Both the position numbers and the translations under genes were made by a program. DNA of 58,211 bases from Trueperaceae bacterium (GTDB lineage: Bacteria > Deinococcota > Deinococci > Deinococcales > Trueperaceae), in assembly GCA_040905465.1 (NCBI GenBank), contig JBBDRK010000011.1, forward strand, positions 1 to 58,211, given 5' to 3'. Positions 29,574-39,760 of this stretch are shown here, one piece after another. The notes beneath the pieces are model-generated. The model saw nothing but the letters and a program-made list of their open reading frames with translations, was not told where the DNA came from and did not search any database. Position 1 is the stretch's first letter; each line of letters opens with the position of its first letter.

Positions 29574-30503
29574 ATGACTCGACCAACCGTCATCCTCGAC
29601 TGCGATCCGGGCCACGACGACGCAGTCGCAATAATCGCCGCGGCCCGCTATTGCGACCTGCTGGGCATCACTGCCGTCAGCGGGAACGTCGGGCTCGAGC
29701 ACACCACTCGCAACGCGCTCGTTACCACCCAGATCCTGGGCATCGACACCCGGGTCCACGCCGGAGCCGACCGTCCCCTGGTGGCCGAAAGGCGGCACGC
29801 CGAGTTCATCCATGGCGCCAGCGGTCTCGACGGACCCGACCTGCCCACGCTCACCCGCTCGGTGGCCGGCAGCGACGCCGTTCGTTTCATCATCGACACG
29901 GTGCGCTCGCACGACCGAGTCTGGCTGGTGGCGGTCGGGCCGCTAACGAACGTCGCCCTGGCACTGCGGGCCGCGCCGGACCTTGCCGGCCGGCTGCAGG
30001 GCATCGCGATCATGGGGGGAGGGCTTGAGTTCGGCAACGTCACTCCGGTTGCCGAGTTCAACATCCTGGCCGACCCAGAGGCGGCCGACGTGGTGTTCCG
30101 GGCCGACGTGCGGCGCGTCATGGCGCCGTTGGACCTCACCCACCAGTTCCTGATCGACGAGCAGGCCATCGCCCGGTTCAGGGCGGCCGGCAGCGGCGCC
30201 GGGAGGTTCGTCGCCGACATCCTCGACTTCTACGGCGACTCCTACGCTCGCGCGTTCTCCGGCCGCAAGGAGGGGCCACTGCACGATCCCTGCGCGGTGC
30301 TGGCCCTCACCCACCCGGAGCTGTTCGAACGCAGAGAACTGAACGTGGCCATCGAGTTGCGGGGCGAGCACACCCGCGGCATGACGGTGGCGGATCGGCG
30401 GGGTGTGCGCAGCGATCTGCCGGCGAACACCGAAGTGCTCACGCGTATCGCCGCCGACCGGGCGCTCGAGCTGCTGCTGGAGGCCGCGGCGAGCTTCGAC
30501 TGA
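29574..30503 (+). CDS. Inosine/uridine-preferring nucleoside hydrolase
   Basis: DCDPGHDD, GPLTN, AEFN...DPEAA, LHDP. Confidence 0.94.
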   Translation: MTRPTVILDCDPGHDDAVAIIAAARYCDLLGITAVSGNVGLEHTTRNALVTTQILGIDTRVHAGADRPLVAERRHAEFIHGASGLDGPDLPTLTRSVAGSDAVRFIIDTVRSHDRVWLVAVGPLTNVALALRAAPDLAGRLQGIAIMGGGLEFGNVTPVAEFNILADPEAADVVFRADVRRVMAPLDLTHQFLIDEQAIARFRAAGSGAGRFVADILDFYGDSYARAFSGRKEGPLHDPCAVLALTHPELFERRELNVAIELRGEHTRGMTVADRRGVRSDLPANTEVLTRIAADRALELLLEAAASFD

Positions 30504-30531
30504 GGTCCCCCGCGGGGTACAGTTGAGCAGC

Positions 30532-31212
30532 ATGGTTCAGTTCCACCACGTCACCAAGACGTACCCGCGTACCCACACGCACGCGTTGCGCGACCTCGAC
30601 TTCCGCGTGCGCAAAGGGGAGTTCGTCTACATCACCGGCCACTCGGGAGCCGGCAAGTCGACGCTGCTGTCGCTCATCTTGCGGCGGATCCTCCCGACAG
30701 AAGGCAGTGTGTACATCCTCGGGCAGGACCTGGCGAAGCTGCGCGAGTCCAAGCTGCCCTTCCTGCGCCGCCGCATCGGCATGGTCTTCCAGGACCACCG
30801 GCTGCTCGCGAACCTCAGCGCGCTCGATAATCTGGTGTTCACCCTGCGCGCCACCGGGGAACGCGGCAACCTGGAGCAGCGCGCCCTGCTGGCCCTGCGC
30901 CAGGTGTCGTTGGCCCACAAGCGCAAGGCGTACCCGATAGAGCTGTCGCTGGGTGAGCAGCAAAGAGTCGCCATCGCACGGGCGCTGGTTACCAACCCGC
31001 CGCTCCTGTTGTGCGACGAGCCTACCGGCAACCTCGACCCGGACACTTCCTGGGAGATCCTGGAGCTCCTCAACGACGTGAACATCAAAGGCACCACCGT
31101 TGCCGTGGCCACTCACTCACGCGATCTGGTCGAGAAGCTTCGCCGGCGCACTATCGTGTTGCGCAACGGCGAGCTGGTGCGGGACGACGAGCAGGGCGGC
31201 TACTCGCTCTAG
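30532..31212 (+). CDS. ftsE: Cell division ATP-binding protein FtsE
   Basis: GHSGAGKST, LRRRIGMVFQD.RLL, LS.GEQQRVAIARA, DEPTGNLDP. Confidence 0.88.
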   Translation: MVQFHHVTKTYPRTHTHALRDLDFRVRKGEFVYITGHSGAGKSTLLSLILRRILPTEGSVYILGQDLAKLRESKLPFLRRRIGMVFQDHRLLANLSALDNLVFTLRATGERGNLEQRALLALRQVSLAHKRKAYPIELSLGEQQRVAIARALVTNPPLLLCDEPTGNLDPDTSWEILELLNDVNIKGTTVAVATHSRDLVEKLRRRTIVLRNGELVRDDEQGGYSL

Positions 31213-31260
31213 CGCGCACTCACAGCAGCGCACGCCTCGGCTCGCAGTCGGTCCGCGAGC

Positions 31261-32010
31261 CTATATCTGCAGCAGCGTGTAGTCGAGCCGGTCTTCGGAG
31301 ACGATCATCTCGAGAAACTGCAGGTTGGACAGGGCGTCGACCATCGCGAACCCGTTCTCCTTGTCTATGTGAATGCCGTCTCTCATCACGGTATGCCCGT
31401 AAACGCCGAATCGGTGGCCGGCCTGGCGGACCAGCTCCGGCTTGTTGTACCACCACTGTTTGGTGTCGGGATCGTGATAGAAGAAGTCGTCGAACTCCTG
31501 CATCCCCGGCAACGGGCCGGCATGGGCGAAGTGCACGCCATGGAACACCTTCTCGCGCGTGAACGAACGGAACCACTCCTGGAGATCAGCGGGCAGCTCG
31601 ATGCCGCCGCGTTCGGGGTTGAACTCGTCGTGGCGCAGTCCACCCCGAGTGGACAGATCGTAGCCGTGGCTCAGGGCCGCCTCGTCGTGGTTGCCGAGAA
31701 TCACGCTCACGTTGCCGCACGAGAGATCGACAAAATGCTTGAACCGGTACAGCTCGCGGATCTGAGCCCTGGCGGCGCGGCGAAGGTGATCCGGATTGCC
31801 GGGATCGAACGGCTCCTCGCCAACCGCCTGGGCGTACGCCAGGTCGTCCTTGTAGTGCACCAGGTCGCCGATGCAGACCACGTGGTAACGCCCCTCCCTG
31901 ACCATGGGCGTGGGTTCGAGTCGGTTGTCGCTGGCGGACGACGCCTTCAGTACCCGCCAAAGCTCGGGCCACTGGCCATGGACGTCCCCAACCGCGATTA
32001 TCTTGATCAT
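31261..32010 (-). CDS. Metallophosphoesterase
   Basis: GDVHG, GDLV, GNHD, HAG, GHT motifs. Confidence 0.9.
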   Translation of the reverse strand: MIKIIAVGDVHGQWPELWRVLKASSASDNRLEPTPMVREGRYHVVCIGDLVHYKDDLAYAQAVGEEPFDPGNPDHLRRAARAQIRELYRFKHFVDLSCGNVSVILGNHDEAALSHGYDLSTRGGLRHDEFNPERGGIELPADLQEWFRSFTREKVFHGVHFAHAGPLPGMQEFDDFFYHDPDTKQWWYNKPELVRQAGHRFGVYGHTVMRDGIHIDKENGFAMVDALSNLQFLEMIVSEDRLDYTLLQI

Positions 32011-32038
32011 CACGTTCTCCAGCCGCTGCCGGCCATGC

Positions 32039-32743
32039 TCATGTCGAGGCTTCGGCCCGCCTCGCGAGCAGCTCTCGCAGCTTGCCGTAGAGTTCCCGGG
32101 CGGCCTGCGGGTCAGAGCCGTAGCCACCATACTTCACCAGCAACCGCGCGGCTTCCAGGCCGCTGCCTTCAGCCTTCAGCCGCTCCACCAACCTGTCGAT
32201 CGCCTGCTGGCCCTCCGGCTTCACGGTCTCGGCCTGCTCGGAGGCGTCCGCACCGGCCGGCACCGCCGCAACGGTGTCCGGGGAAGCTACAGGAGCAGAT
32301 CCAGGAGCAACGCCGCCGGACCCCTGGACCTCCACCTCGGTCGCATCGGGGGTAAGGGCGACGTCCTCCTCGGGGTCGTAGTCGACCCAGTAGCTCTCAT
32401 GCCTGTCGACCGGCGGCAGCAGGCCGAACAGTTCCGCCGCCCGGGCGAGGGCGGCGCGCCCGCACTCCTCGGGGCCCTCGCTGCTTCGCGCCGGCTCGAC
32501 GATCGCCGACTTGGCCACCCCGTCGACAACCAGTTCGCAGCCGACGCCATTTCCCAACCGGCGATAGCGCACGGACCATCCTGGGCGACCCGCGACCTCG
32601 TCGAGTCGGGCGACCACCGCCTCCGCGCGGAGCTGCGGCATCAGCCTCGCACTGAGGCCATCTGGCGCAAGCTCCTGAATTCGCCAGGCAACGGTCTGAA
32701 TTGAAAAGGGGGCACCGAGTCGATCCCAGTCACTAAGCTGCAT
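32039..32743 (-). CDS. Rad52/DdrA-family ssDNA-annealing protein (DdrA-paralog-like)
   Basis: RL.APF....V.WR...RLD.V.G..GWS..Y N-terminus and WVDYD; acidic linker; small helical C-terminal domain. Confidence 0.7.
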   Translation of the reverse strand: MQLSDWDRLGAPFSIQTVAWRIQELAPDGLSARLMPQLRAEAVVARLDEVAGRPGWSVRYRRLGNGVGCELVVDGVAKSAIVEPARSSEGPEECGRAALARAAELFGLLPPVDRHESYWVDYDPEEDVALTPDATEVEVQGSGGVAPGSAPVASPDTVAAVPAGADASEQAETVKPEGQQAIDRLVERLKAEGSGLEAARLLVKYGGYGSDPQAARELYGKLRELLARRAEAST

Positions 32744-32865
32744 CCCGTGGAGTATAACAAGCTGCCGTAGTCATTCCGATCGGCTCTTTCCACACGGCAC
32801 GACGTCCGCCAACACGTGAAGCAATACTCGTGACCGGCGAAACTCCATACGGTAAGGTCTTGAAC

Positions 32866-35430
32866 ATGGTGAAGCCCAAATCCGTCACGTTGCTCGCGGT
32901 GGCGCCCCTGCTGATGCTGTCGTTTCTTCTCTCGGCGCTTGCCCTGGCCCAGGACCCGCCACGCGTTCAGCTGGACACGCCGAACCCGGTAGCGGGCGAG
33001 CCGCTGACGCTGCTGGCGTCGGGGCTCGAACCCGACGGTGAGTACCGCCTGAGGATAGAGGGCCCGAACGACGCCCTGGTTCAGGAGACGCTCACTGCAG
33101 GCGGCGACGGCGAACTGAGCCACACCTTCGAGTTGGCCGACGCCGGCGAATGGACGCTCGCGCTTACCGGTGAGGGCGTCAGCGCCTCGCTCGTCTTGCT
33201 GGCCGCCGATCCCGAGGCGGCGGAAGCGACCGGCGAAGAGCCGGCCGCGGCAGAAGAAAATGGTGGGGCTGACGCCGACGACGAACTGCCGGCCGAGGCG
33301 CCCGAAGGCGCGGAGCAGGACGCTGGCGACGAGACGTCCGATGATGGCGCGCCGGCCGAGGGCGACGCGCAGCAGCAACCGGACCGTACCGCGACGGAGC
33401 GGCCGGCACCCGCGGCCGGCGATTCACTCACGATCACCACCGAAGGGGACGCGATCCTGGGGATGCGGGGCGACCGACGAGTGTGGCGCTTCGACTTTCC
33501 GGCCGGCACAGGCGGAACCGGTGCGGTGCTCGAAACCGACGACGCCGTCTGGGTAGGTCACGGTATCAGCGTGCTGCTGCTGGACAAGGGCTCGGGACAG
33601 GCCGTGGAGCGCTTTGCGATGCCTGGCCGGGTTATCCGCCTGGAGGGTGACGGCGACACGGTCTCGGTCGTGAGCGACGTCGACGGAACCCTCCGCCAGC
33701 GTATCGAGGTCGACCGGGACGGCCCGCGCTCGACCGTGCGCTTCGGCACCGATCCGGAGCCGTTCGGCTGGCTGCGGCGTGAGGCCGACGTGGCCGATCC
33801 GGCGGGCAGGCTCGAGAGCGATCCCACCAACCCCTGGCTGCACCTGAGCGTCGGGCTTGCCACCCGAAGCACGGCCACTCGCGCCGAGCACCTCGAGCAA
33901 GCGCTGAGACGAGCCAATACCTTCTACGACCTGGCGGGCCTGGCACGCGCGCTGCACCAGGCGGGAGAGCAGGAGCTGGCGCGCGACGCCATGAACCTCG
34001 CCATGCGGGACTTCGCCGAGCGAGGCTACACGCCAGAGCTCCTGACCAACGCCGAACTTCACCGTGCCTACGACTTCCCGCTTGCACCGATGGAGCAGGC
34101 GCTCGCACAGGAGGATCTCGACTCCGCCCGCTTCTGGGCTCCCTGGTTGTATCTGATGAGCAGCGAGGAGACGCCTGAATCGCGCGCCGCGCTAAATTCC
34201 TATGCGGACCGCCTCGCCGCCGTGGGGCAGCGCGACGCCGCCAACCTGTGGCGCGAGCGCGCACAGGGCGGTCGCAGCGCTTCACCGGCGGCCAGCCTCG
34301 ACCGCTTCTTCCTCGGCCTGGGCCGGTCGGGCTGGTATGCCGTGGCGGCGCTGGTGGCCACGATCCTGGCGCTGCATCTGACCTTGGTCGCCAAATATTG
34401 GGCCCCGCAGACCCTCGCGATACGGCGAGGCCGGGAAACCGGCTCGTCCCGTAAGCCGTGGGCCCGATTGCTGGCGATACGTTACTACTCGTTGACAGAG
34501 AAGCTGGTGCTGGTTCTTCTGTTCGCCGCCACCCTCACGCTGCTCGGGCTCACCCACTGGTACGACTCCGCCGGTGAGAGACCGGCCGCGCTCGGCACCG
34601 GTAGCCTCGCCAGTCCGGTGGCCCGCGACGTCGTCACCAGCGCCCCGTTGGAGGGACCGCGTGCCGCTTTCATCCGCGGCTACGCGGCGCAGAGCGCGGG
34701 CGAGCGGGGACCGGCGCGGGAAGAGTATCTCGCGGCCGGCGATTACCCGCCGGCGCTCAACAACCTCGCCGCCCTGCTCGACGACGACGTGCTCTACCGG
34801 CGCGCCCTGGAGTTGGCACCGGGGATGCCCGAAGCCGCCTACAACCTCGGCCGCGCCACCGACCCTTCGGCGTTCCACGATGCATTCCTGGCCGACCGGC
34901 CGCTGCTGGCGGTGCCCGGCAACGGCGACTTCCGCACGGCCGTCTCCGGCACCTGGCAAGGCGCCATCGCCGGATCGTTCGAGAATCCCTGGCGGGCCCT
35001 TCGCGACACCCGCTTCTTCGGTCTGCCGACGATCCTCTGGCAGATCCTGCTCGCCCTGTTCCTGATCTGGGTGCTGGTCACGGTAGTCTGGTTGGTGATT
35101 CCACGTCCCGGCCTCGCCCGCAACGCTCCGCGTACCGGCGCGTACCACCTGCTGGCGCTGCTTATTCCCGGCAGCGGACTGGCGGACGAAGCGTGGGGAA
35201 TCCTCCTGCTGCTCCCCTGGGCGCTCCTCAGCGTGGACGCATTGTCGCAGTGGCTGGGCTGGAACCGCTCGCTCGGGCTCCCTTTACAGACCGAACTTTG
35301 GGCGCTGGCGGCGATCTACCTGGTCAACTTCGTTGCCTTCGTGGTCGAGTTCGTCTCGTACCGACGGCGCATGCGCAACCTGCGGCGCCGCCATCCGGAG
35401 GCGGTAGAGGCATACGGCCTGCGCTCCTGA
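32866..35430 (+). CDS. Large envelope/membrane protein with Ig-like, acidic linker, TPR-like and TM regions
   Basis: Signal peptide; ALNNLA..L...YRRALEL.P...EAAYNL (TPR-like); several TM segments. Confidence 0.7.
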   Translation: MVKPKSVTLLAVAPLLMLSFLLSALALAQDPPRVQLDTPNPVAGEPLTLLASGLEPDGEYRLRIEGPNDALVQETLTAGGDGELSHTFELADAGEWTLALTGEGVSASLVLLAADPEAAEATGEEPAAAEENGGADADDELPAEAPEGAEQDAGDETSDDGAPAEGDAQQQPDRTATERPAPAAGDSLTITTEGDAILGMRGDRRVWRFDFPAGTGGTGAVLETDDAVWVGHGISVLLLDKGSGQAVERFAMPGRVIRLEGDGDTVSVVSDVDGTLRQRIEVDRDGPRSTVRFGTDPEPFGWLRREADVADPAGRLESDPTNPWLHLSVGLATRSTATRAEHLEQALRRANTFYDLAGLARALHQAGEQELARDAMNLAMRDFAERGYTPELLTNAELHRAYDFPLAPMEQALAQEDLDSARFWAPWLYLMSSEETPESRAALNSYADRLAAVGQRDAANLWRERAQGGRSASPAASLDRFFLGLGRSGWYAVAALVATILALHLTLVAKYWAPQTLAIRRGRETGSSRKPWARLLAIRYYSLTEKLVLVLLFAATLTLLGLTHWYDSAGERPAALGTGSLASPVARDVVTSAPLEGPRAAFIRGYAAQSAGERGPAREEYLAAGDYPPALNNLAALLDDDVLYRRALELAPGMPEAAYNLGRATDPSAFHDAFLADRPLLAVPGNGDFRTAVSGTWQGAIAGSFENPWRALRDTRFFGLPTILWQILLALFLIWVLVTVVWLVIPRPGLARNAPRTGAYHLLALLIPGSGLADEAWGILLLLPWALLSVDALSQWLGWNRSLGLPLQTELWALAAIYLVNFVAFVVEFVSYRRRMRNLRRRHPEAVEAYGLRS

Positions 35431-35466
35431 CCCGGCCGCTGCGTTCGGCACGATAGCGGAACCGAC

Positions 35467-36396
35467 TTGACGGCCCCGCCCGCGCAACCGGCTGCCCTGT
35501 CGGGCTACTGGCTGATCTTCGCCGCCGCGGTCCTCTGGGGACTTATCGGACTCATCTCCAAGGGGATCCTCGGCGAGGGCGTGTCGGCGCTGGAGATAGC
35601 CTTCTGGCGCGCCCTCCTCGGCGGAGCCGTGTTCCTGGTGCATGCCGGGGCGCTAGGAAGGCTGCGCCTGCGCAGTGCCGGCGACGGCTGGCCGCTGGGC
35701 GGCTTCGCCCTGGTCGGGGTGTCGCTGTTCTTCGCCTCGTTGATACTCGCCATCGACAGCGGCGGCATAAGCCTCGCGTTCATCCTGCTCTACAGCGCTC
35801 CTCTGTTCGTGTTGATAGCGGCGTGGCTCATCCTGGGCGAGCCGTTGACCGCCCGCAAGCTCGTGCTCGCGCCTCTTGCCGTACTCGGAATAGCGCTGGT
35901 GTCGGGCGGCGGCGGCACTGGCGTAACCGTGAGCCCGGCATCGCTCGGCTGGGGACTCCTCGCCGGCCTCACCTACTCCTCTTACTACGTTTTCGGAAAG
36001 CTGATACTGCGACGTTATCGTCCGGTGACGATTTACGCCTGGGTCCTGCCGATCGGTGCGCTGGGACTCCTGCCGTTCGTGCAGTTCGCCGCCAAGAGCC
36101 CGCTCGCCTGGCTCTTGCTGGCAGTGCTGGCCGTTCTTTCCACCTACCTGGCCTATCTGCTCTACTACACCGGGCTGGCCCGGGTCGAGGCCTCCCGCGC
36201 CGTGCTGGTGGCGACGGTCGAGCCGGTAGTGGCGCTCACGCTGGCCGCCCTCCTGCTGGGCGAGCGAATCGGTCCTGCCGGGCTGGTCGGCGCGGCGCTC
36301 ATCCTGTTGACTGCGGTGCTTGCCTCGACCTCCTCAGGAGGCGGGCGCAAGCTGCCCGAGGACTCGCCGCCGCTTGACCGCCTGGGACCGCCGTGA
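35467..36396 (+). CDS. EamA/DMT family transporter
   Basis: ~10 TM, AVLWG, LYSAP, TVEPVVA...LLGE. Confidence 0.92.
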   Translation: MTAPPAQPAALSGYWLIFAAAVLWGLIGLISKGILGEGVSALEIAFWRALLGGAVFLVHAGALGRLRLRSAGDGWPLGGFALVGVSLFFASLILAIDSGGISLAFILLYSAPLFVLIAAWLILGEPLTARKLVLAPLAVLGIALVSGGGGTGVTVSPASLGWGLLAGLTYSSYYVFGKLILRRYRPVTIYAWVLPIGALGLLPFVQFAAKSPLAWLLLAVLAVLSTYLAYLLYYTGLARVEASRAVLVATVEPVVALTLAALLLGERIGPAGLVGAALILLTAVLASTSSGGGRKLPEDSPPLDRLGPP

Positions 36397-36402
36397 TACA
36401 TT
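36374..36402 (+). promoter_or_regulatory. Sigma70-type promoter of the arg operon
   Basis: TTGACC-17 nt-TACATT with extended -10 TG. Confidence 0.7.
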
Positions 36403-36438
36403 TGCATCGTTTTTGCGGAAGATGAAAGAAATTGCAGT
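36401..36438. promoter_or_regulatory. Putative tandem ARG boxes (ArgR operator)
   Basis: AT-rich imperfect palindromes TGCATCGTTTTTGC and TGAAAGAAATTGCA, 20 nt apart, over the predicted TSS. Confidence 0.5.
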
Positions 36439-36452
36439 CCCCGCGAACCAAC

Positions 36453-36497
36453 ATGCACAGCCCAACCCAGACCCAGACCCGCGCTCGACGCCGTTAA
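36453..36497 (+). CDS. Putative Arg-rich leader peptide MHSPTQTQTRARRR
   Basis: 14-codon ORF with 4 Arg in the last 5 codons, in the argG 5' leader; complementary to sequence next to the argG RBS. Confidence 0.55.
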   Translation: MHSPTQTQTRARRR

Positions 36498-36573
36498 TCC
36501 GCTCTCCCGAGCGGTAGGTCCCCGTTGTCGACGTGGTGTGCCCGGTCTGGGTCGTTTCGTCCAGGAGGAATGA

Positions 36574-37851
36574 ATGCCAGATATGAACGGTATCGGCACG
36601 ATAAAAGCAGATGGAGTAAGGAAGGTCGTCCTCGCCTATTCCGGCGGTCTCGACACCTCGGTGATCCTCCACTGGATCAAGGAGCGTTACGGCGCCGAGG
36701 TCATCGCCTTCACCGCCGACATAGGCCAGGGCGAAGAAGTAGAGGAAGCGCGTCAGAAGGCGTTGCGAACGGGTGCCAGCAAGGCCTACGCCATCGACCT
36801 CATCGACGAGTTCGTGAGCGAGTTCGTGTTTCCGGTGCTGCGCGCCGGCGCGATCTACGAGAGCTACTACCTGCTCGGCACCTCCTTTGCCCGGCCGCTC
36901 ATCGCCCGCAAGATGATCGAGATCGCCGAAGCCGAAGGGGCCGACGCCGTCGCCCACGGGTCGACCGGCAAAGGGAACGACCAGGTCCGTTTCGAGCTTT
37001 CCGCCTACGCCCTCAAGCCCGACATCCGGGTGATCGCGCCGTGGCGTGAGTGGGACCTGCGTGGTCGCGAGGACTGCATAGCTTACGCCCGCGACAACGA
37101 CATAGCCGTTCCGGTGACCAGGGAGAAGCCTTACTCCACCGACGCCAACCTGTTCCACATCTCCTACGAGGGTGGTGTGCTGGAGGATCCGTGGACGGAA
37201 CCTCCGGCAGGGATGTGGAAGCTGACTCGCGACCCTGTGGCAGCGCCGGCGGCGGGCCAGGTGGTGGAGGTCGAGTACGAACGAGGAGACCCGGTGGCCA
37301 TCGATGGTGACCGGCTCGGTCCGGCTGACCTGTTGCGCCGCGCCAACGAGATTGCAGGCACTCATGGGGTGGGCCGGGTGGACATCGTGGAGAACCGGTT
37401 CGTGGGGATGAAGTCCCGGGGCTGCTACGAAACACCCGGCGGGACGCTGCTCTTTCACGCCCACAAGGCGGTGGAATCGCTCGCCCTCGACCGCCAGGTC
37501 ATGCAGCTCCGCGACGATCTCGTTCCACGCTACTCTGCTGCCGTCTACAACGGCTTCTGGTACGCGCCCGAACGGGTGGCGCTGCAGGGCCTGATCGACG
37601 ACATCCAGCGACCGGTAACCGGCACGGCACGGTTAAGACTGTACAAGGGCTCGGTCAGCGTGCTCGGCCGCAAATCGCCCAACAGCCTCTATCGTCAGGA
37701 TGTCGTGACCTTCGAACAGGACGAGGTCTTCCACCAGGGAGACGCAGACGGGTTCATCAAGCTGAACGCGTTGCGCCTGCGGACCGCCCGTCAGTTGGGG
37801 CTGTCTCGGATCGAGTCGACGACGGGCAGGCAGGAGAACCCCGGCACGTGA
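36574..37851 (+). CDS. argG: Argininosuccinate synthase
   Basis: [35 protein letters not shown]. Confidence 0.98.
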   Translation: MPDMNGIGTIKADGVRKVVLAYSGGLDTSVILHWIKERYGAEVIAFTADIGQGEEVEEARQKALRTGASKAYAIDLIDEFVSEFVFPVLRAGAIYESYYLLGTSFARPLIARKMIEIAEAEGADAVAHGSTGKGNDQVRFELSAYALKPDIRVIAPWREWDLRGREDCIAYARDNDIAVPVTREKPYSTDANLFHISYEGGVLEDPWTEPPAGMWKLTRDPVAAPAAGQVVEVEYERGDPVAIDGDRLGPADLLRRANEIAGTHGVGRVDIVENRFVGMKSRGCYETPGGTLLFHAHKAVESLALDRQVMQLRDDLVPRYSAAVYNGFWYAPERVALQGLIDDIQRPVTGTARLRLYKGSVSVLGRKSPNSLYRQDVVTFEQDEVFHQGDADGFIKLNALRLRTARQLGLSRIESTTGRQENPGT

Positions 37852-38345
37852 ACCGAGGACCTTCGGCACTGCTGGCGCCTGCCGGTGAGGCGTATCAGGC
37901 GGCAAAACTGCGCTGGGCCACCCTGGCCGACTGCGAGAGGTTGCGCACGCTGTTCGCGACTGCCCGGCCCGACGAGCCCGAAGGTGACGACAGTATGCCG
38001 GAGTGGCTCGAGCACGGCGGTGCCCTGCTGCTCGAAGACCAGCAAGGCAGGGCGCTGTGCGCGGTGCGCTGGCGCGAGGCCTCCGGCCGGGGATGGCAGC
38101 TCGATCGAATCGCTACCGTGCCCGACTCTCACGGGCTGGGATTCGGTCGCTGGCTCATGACCAAGGTAGAAGCGCTGGCGATCCGCTACAACGTGCCCTC
38201 TCTGACGGTCTCGCTCATGGACGGTGACGATGTCGGCTACTACCGGCGGCTGGGTTACGACGTCGTCGATGACGGTAGCGTGGCGCCCGTGGTGCGCAAG
38301 CGCGTCGGCGGCACCTGGCAGATGCAGGAAGGCTGGGCACGGTGA
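37848..38345 (+). CDS. GNAT family N-acetyltransferase
   Basis: G.GFGRWLM, YYRRLGY; GTGA overlaps with both argG and argH. Confidence 0.85.
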   Translation: MNRGPSALLAPAGEAYQAAKLRWATLADCERLRTLFATARPDEPEGDDSMPEWLEHGGALLLEDQQGRALCAVRWREASGRGWQLDRIATVPDSHGLGFGRWLMTKVEALAIRYNVPSLTVSLMDGDDVGYYRRLGYDVVDDGSVAPVVRKRVGGTWQMQEGWAR

Positions 38346-39739
38346 GCGAGCGGAAGACCGATCGGCGCATGTGGGGTGGCCGCTTCGAGGAAGAGACCGA
38401 CGCCCTGGTAAAGCGTTTCAACTCGTCGGTGGATGTCGACCGTGAACTGGCTCTCGACGACATTGCCGGCTCGATCGCCCACGCCACCATGCTGGCCGAA
38501 CAAGGAATCCTAAGCGAAGACGAAGGACGCCGGATAGAAGCCGGCCTGAACGAGATCCGCACGGAGGTGGAGGCCGGCCGCTTCGAGTGGCGGCACGAGC
38601 TCGAAGACGTCCACATGAACATCGAGCGGGCGCTGACCGAGCGAATAGGCCCGCTCGGAGGCAAGCTCCACACCGCTCGCAGCCGGAACGACCAGGTCGC
38701 TACCGATTTCAGGCTGTGGCTCAAGCGGCACAGCCTGGAATTGCAGGGGCAGCTTCACGACCTGCGCTCGGTCCTGGTGGAGCTGGCGGACCGTCACATA
38801 GACGCCATCCTGCCGGGCTACACCCATCTGCAGGTAGCGCAACCGGTTCGACTCTCCCACCATCTGCTCGCCTACTTCGAAATGTTCAGCCGCGACCAGG
38901 AGCGGTTGCGCGACGGACTCACCCGCCTCGACGTCTCCCCTCTCGGCGCCGGCGCCCTGGCCGGAACCGGCTTCCCGATAGACCGGCAGCGCAGCGCCGA
39001 GCTTCTCGGCTTCCATGAGGTGGCGGCCAACAGTCTCGACGCCGTGTCCGATCGCGACTTCGCGGTGGAGTTCCTGGCGGCCGCGGCGATGACGATGATG
39101 CACCTCTCGCGACTAAGCGAGGAGCTGATCATCTGGTCGAGCCAGGAGTTCGGATTCATCAGCCTGCCCGACTCGCACACCACCGGCTCGTCGATAATGC
39201 CGCAGAAGAAGAACCCGGACGTGAGCGAACTGATCCGCGGCAAGACCGGGCGCGTGTACGGCTCGTTGCTGGCGCTGCTGACCACCATGAAGGGCCTGCC
39301 CCTGGCCTACAACAAGGACATGCAGGAGGACAAAGAGGGGGTCATCGACGCGGTGCGGACGCTGTCGGTGTGCCTGCGTCTCAGCGCCACGATGCTGCCA
39401 CGCATCACGGTCAACCGGGACAGGATGCGGGCCGCCGCCGGCAGGGCGTTTTCCAACGCCACCGACCTGGCCGACTACCTGGCCCGCCGCGGCATGCCGT
39501 TTCGAGAGGCGCACGATGTAGTAGGCCGCCTGGTCGCGGAAGCGCTGCGCCGCGGAGTCGACCTCCAGGACCTCTCCCTCGAGGAGATGCGCAATGCCAG
39601 CGACGTCATCGAGCAGGACGTGTTCGACACGCTCGAGCTCGAAAGGGTGGTCGACGCCCGCAACAGCTACGGCGGCACGTCGCGCGATCAGGTCGAACAC
39701 CAGATCAGCCGGGCGCGAACCGCGCTGGAGGCACGATGA
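38342..39739 (+). CDS. argH: Argininosuccinate lyase
   Basis: WGGRF, RSRNDQ, GYTHLQ, GSSIMPQKKNPD, YNKDMQEDKE. Confidence 0.98.
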   Translation: MSERKTDRRMWGGRFEEETDALVKRFNSSVDVDRELALDDIAGSIAHATMLAEQGILSEDEGRRIEAGLNEIRTEVEAGRFEWRHELEDVHMNIERALTERIGPLGGKLHTARSRNDQVATDFRLWLKRHSLELQGQLHDLRSVLVELADRHIDAILPGYTHLQVAQPVRLSHHLLAYFEMFSRDQERLRDGLTRLDVSPLGAGALAGTGFPIDRQRSAELLGFHEVAANSLDAVSDRDFAVEFLAAAAMTMMHLSRLSEELIIWSSQEFGFISLPDSHTTGSSIMPQKKNPDVSELIRGKTGRVYGSLLALLTTMKGLPLAYNKDMQEDKEGVIDAVRTLSVCLRLSATMLPRITVNRDRMRAAAGRAFSNATDLADYLARRGMPFREAHDVVGRLVAEALRRGVDLQDLSLEEMRNASDVIEQDVFDTLELERVVDARNSYGGTSRDQVEHQISRARTALEAR

Positions 39740-39760
39740 ACCGTTTCCGGGGGTACGGCC

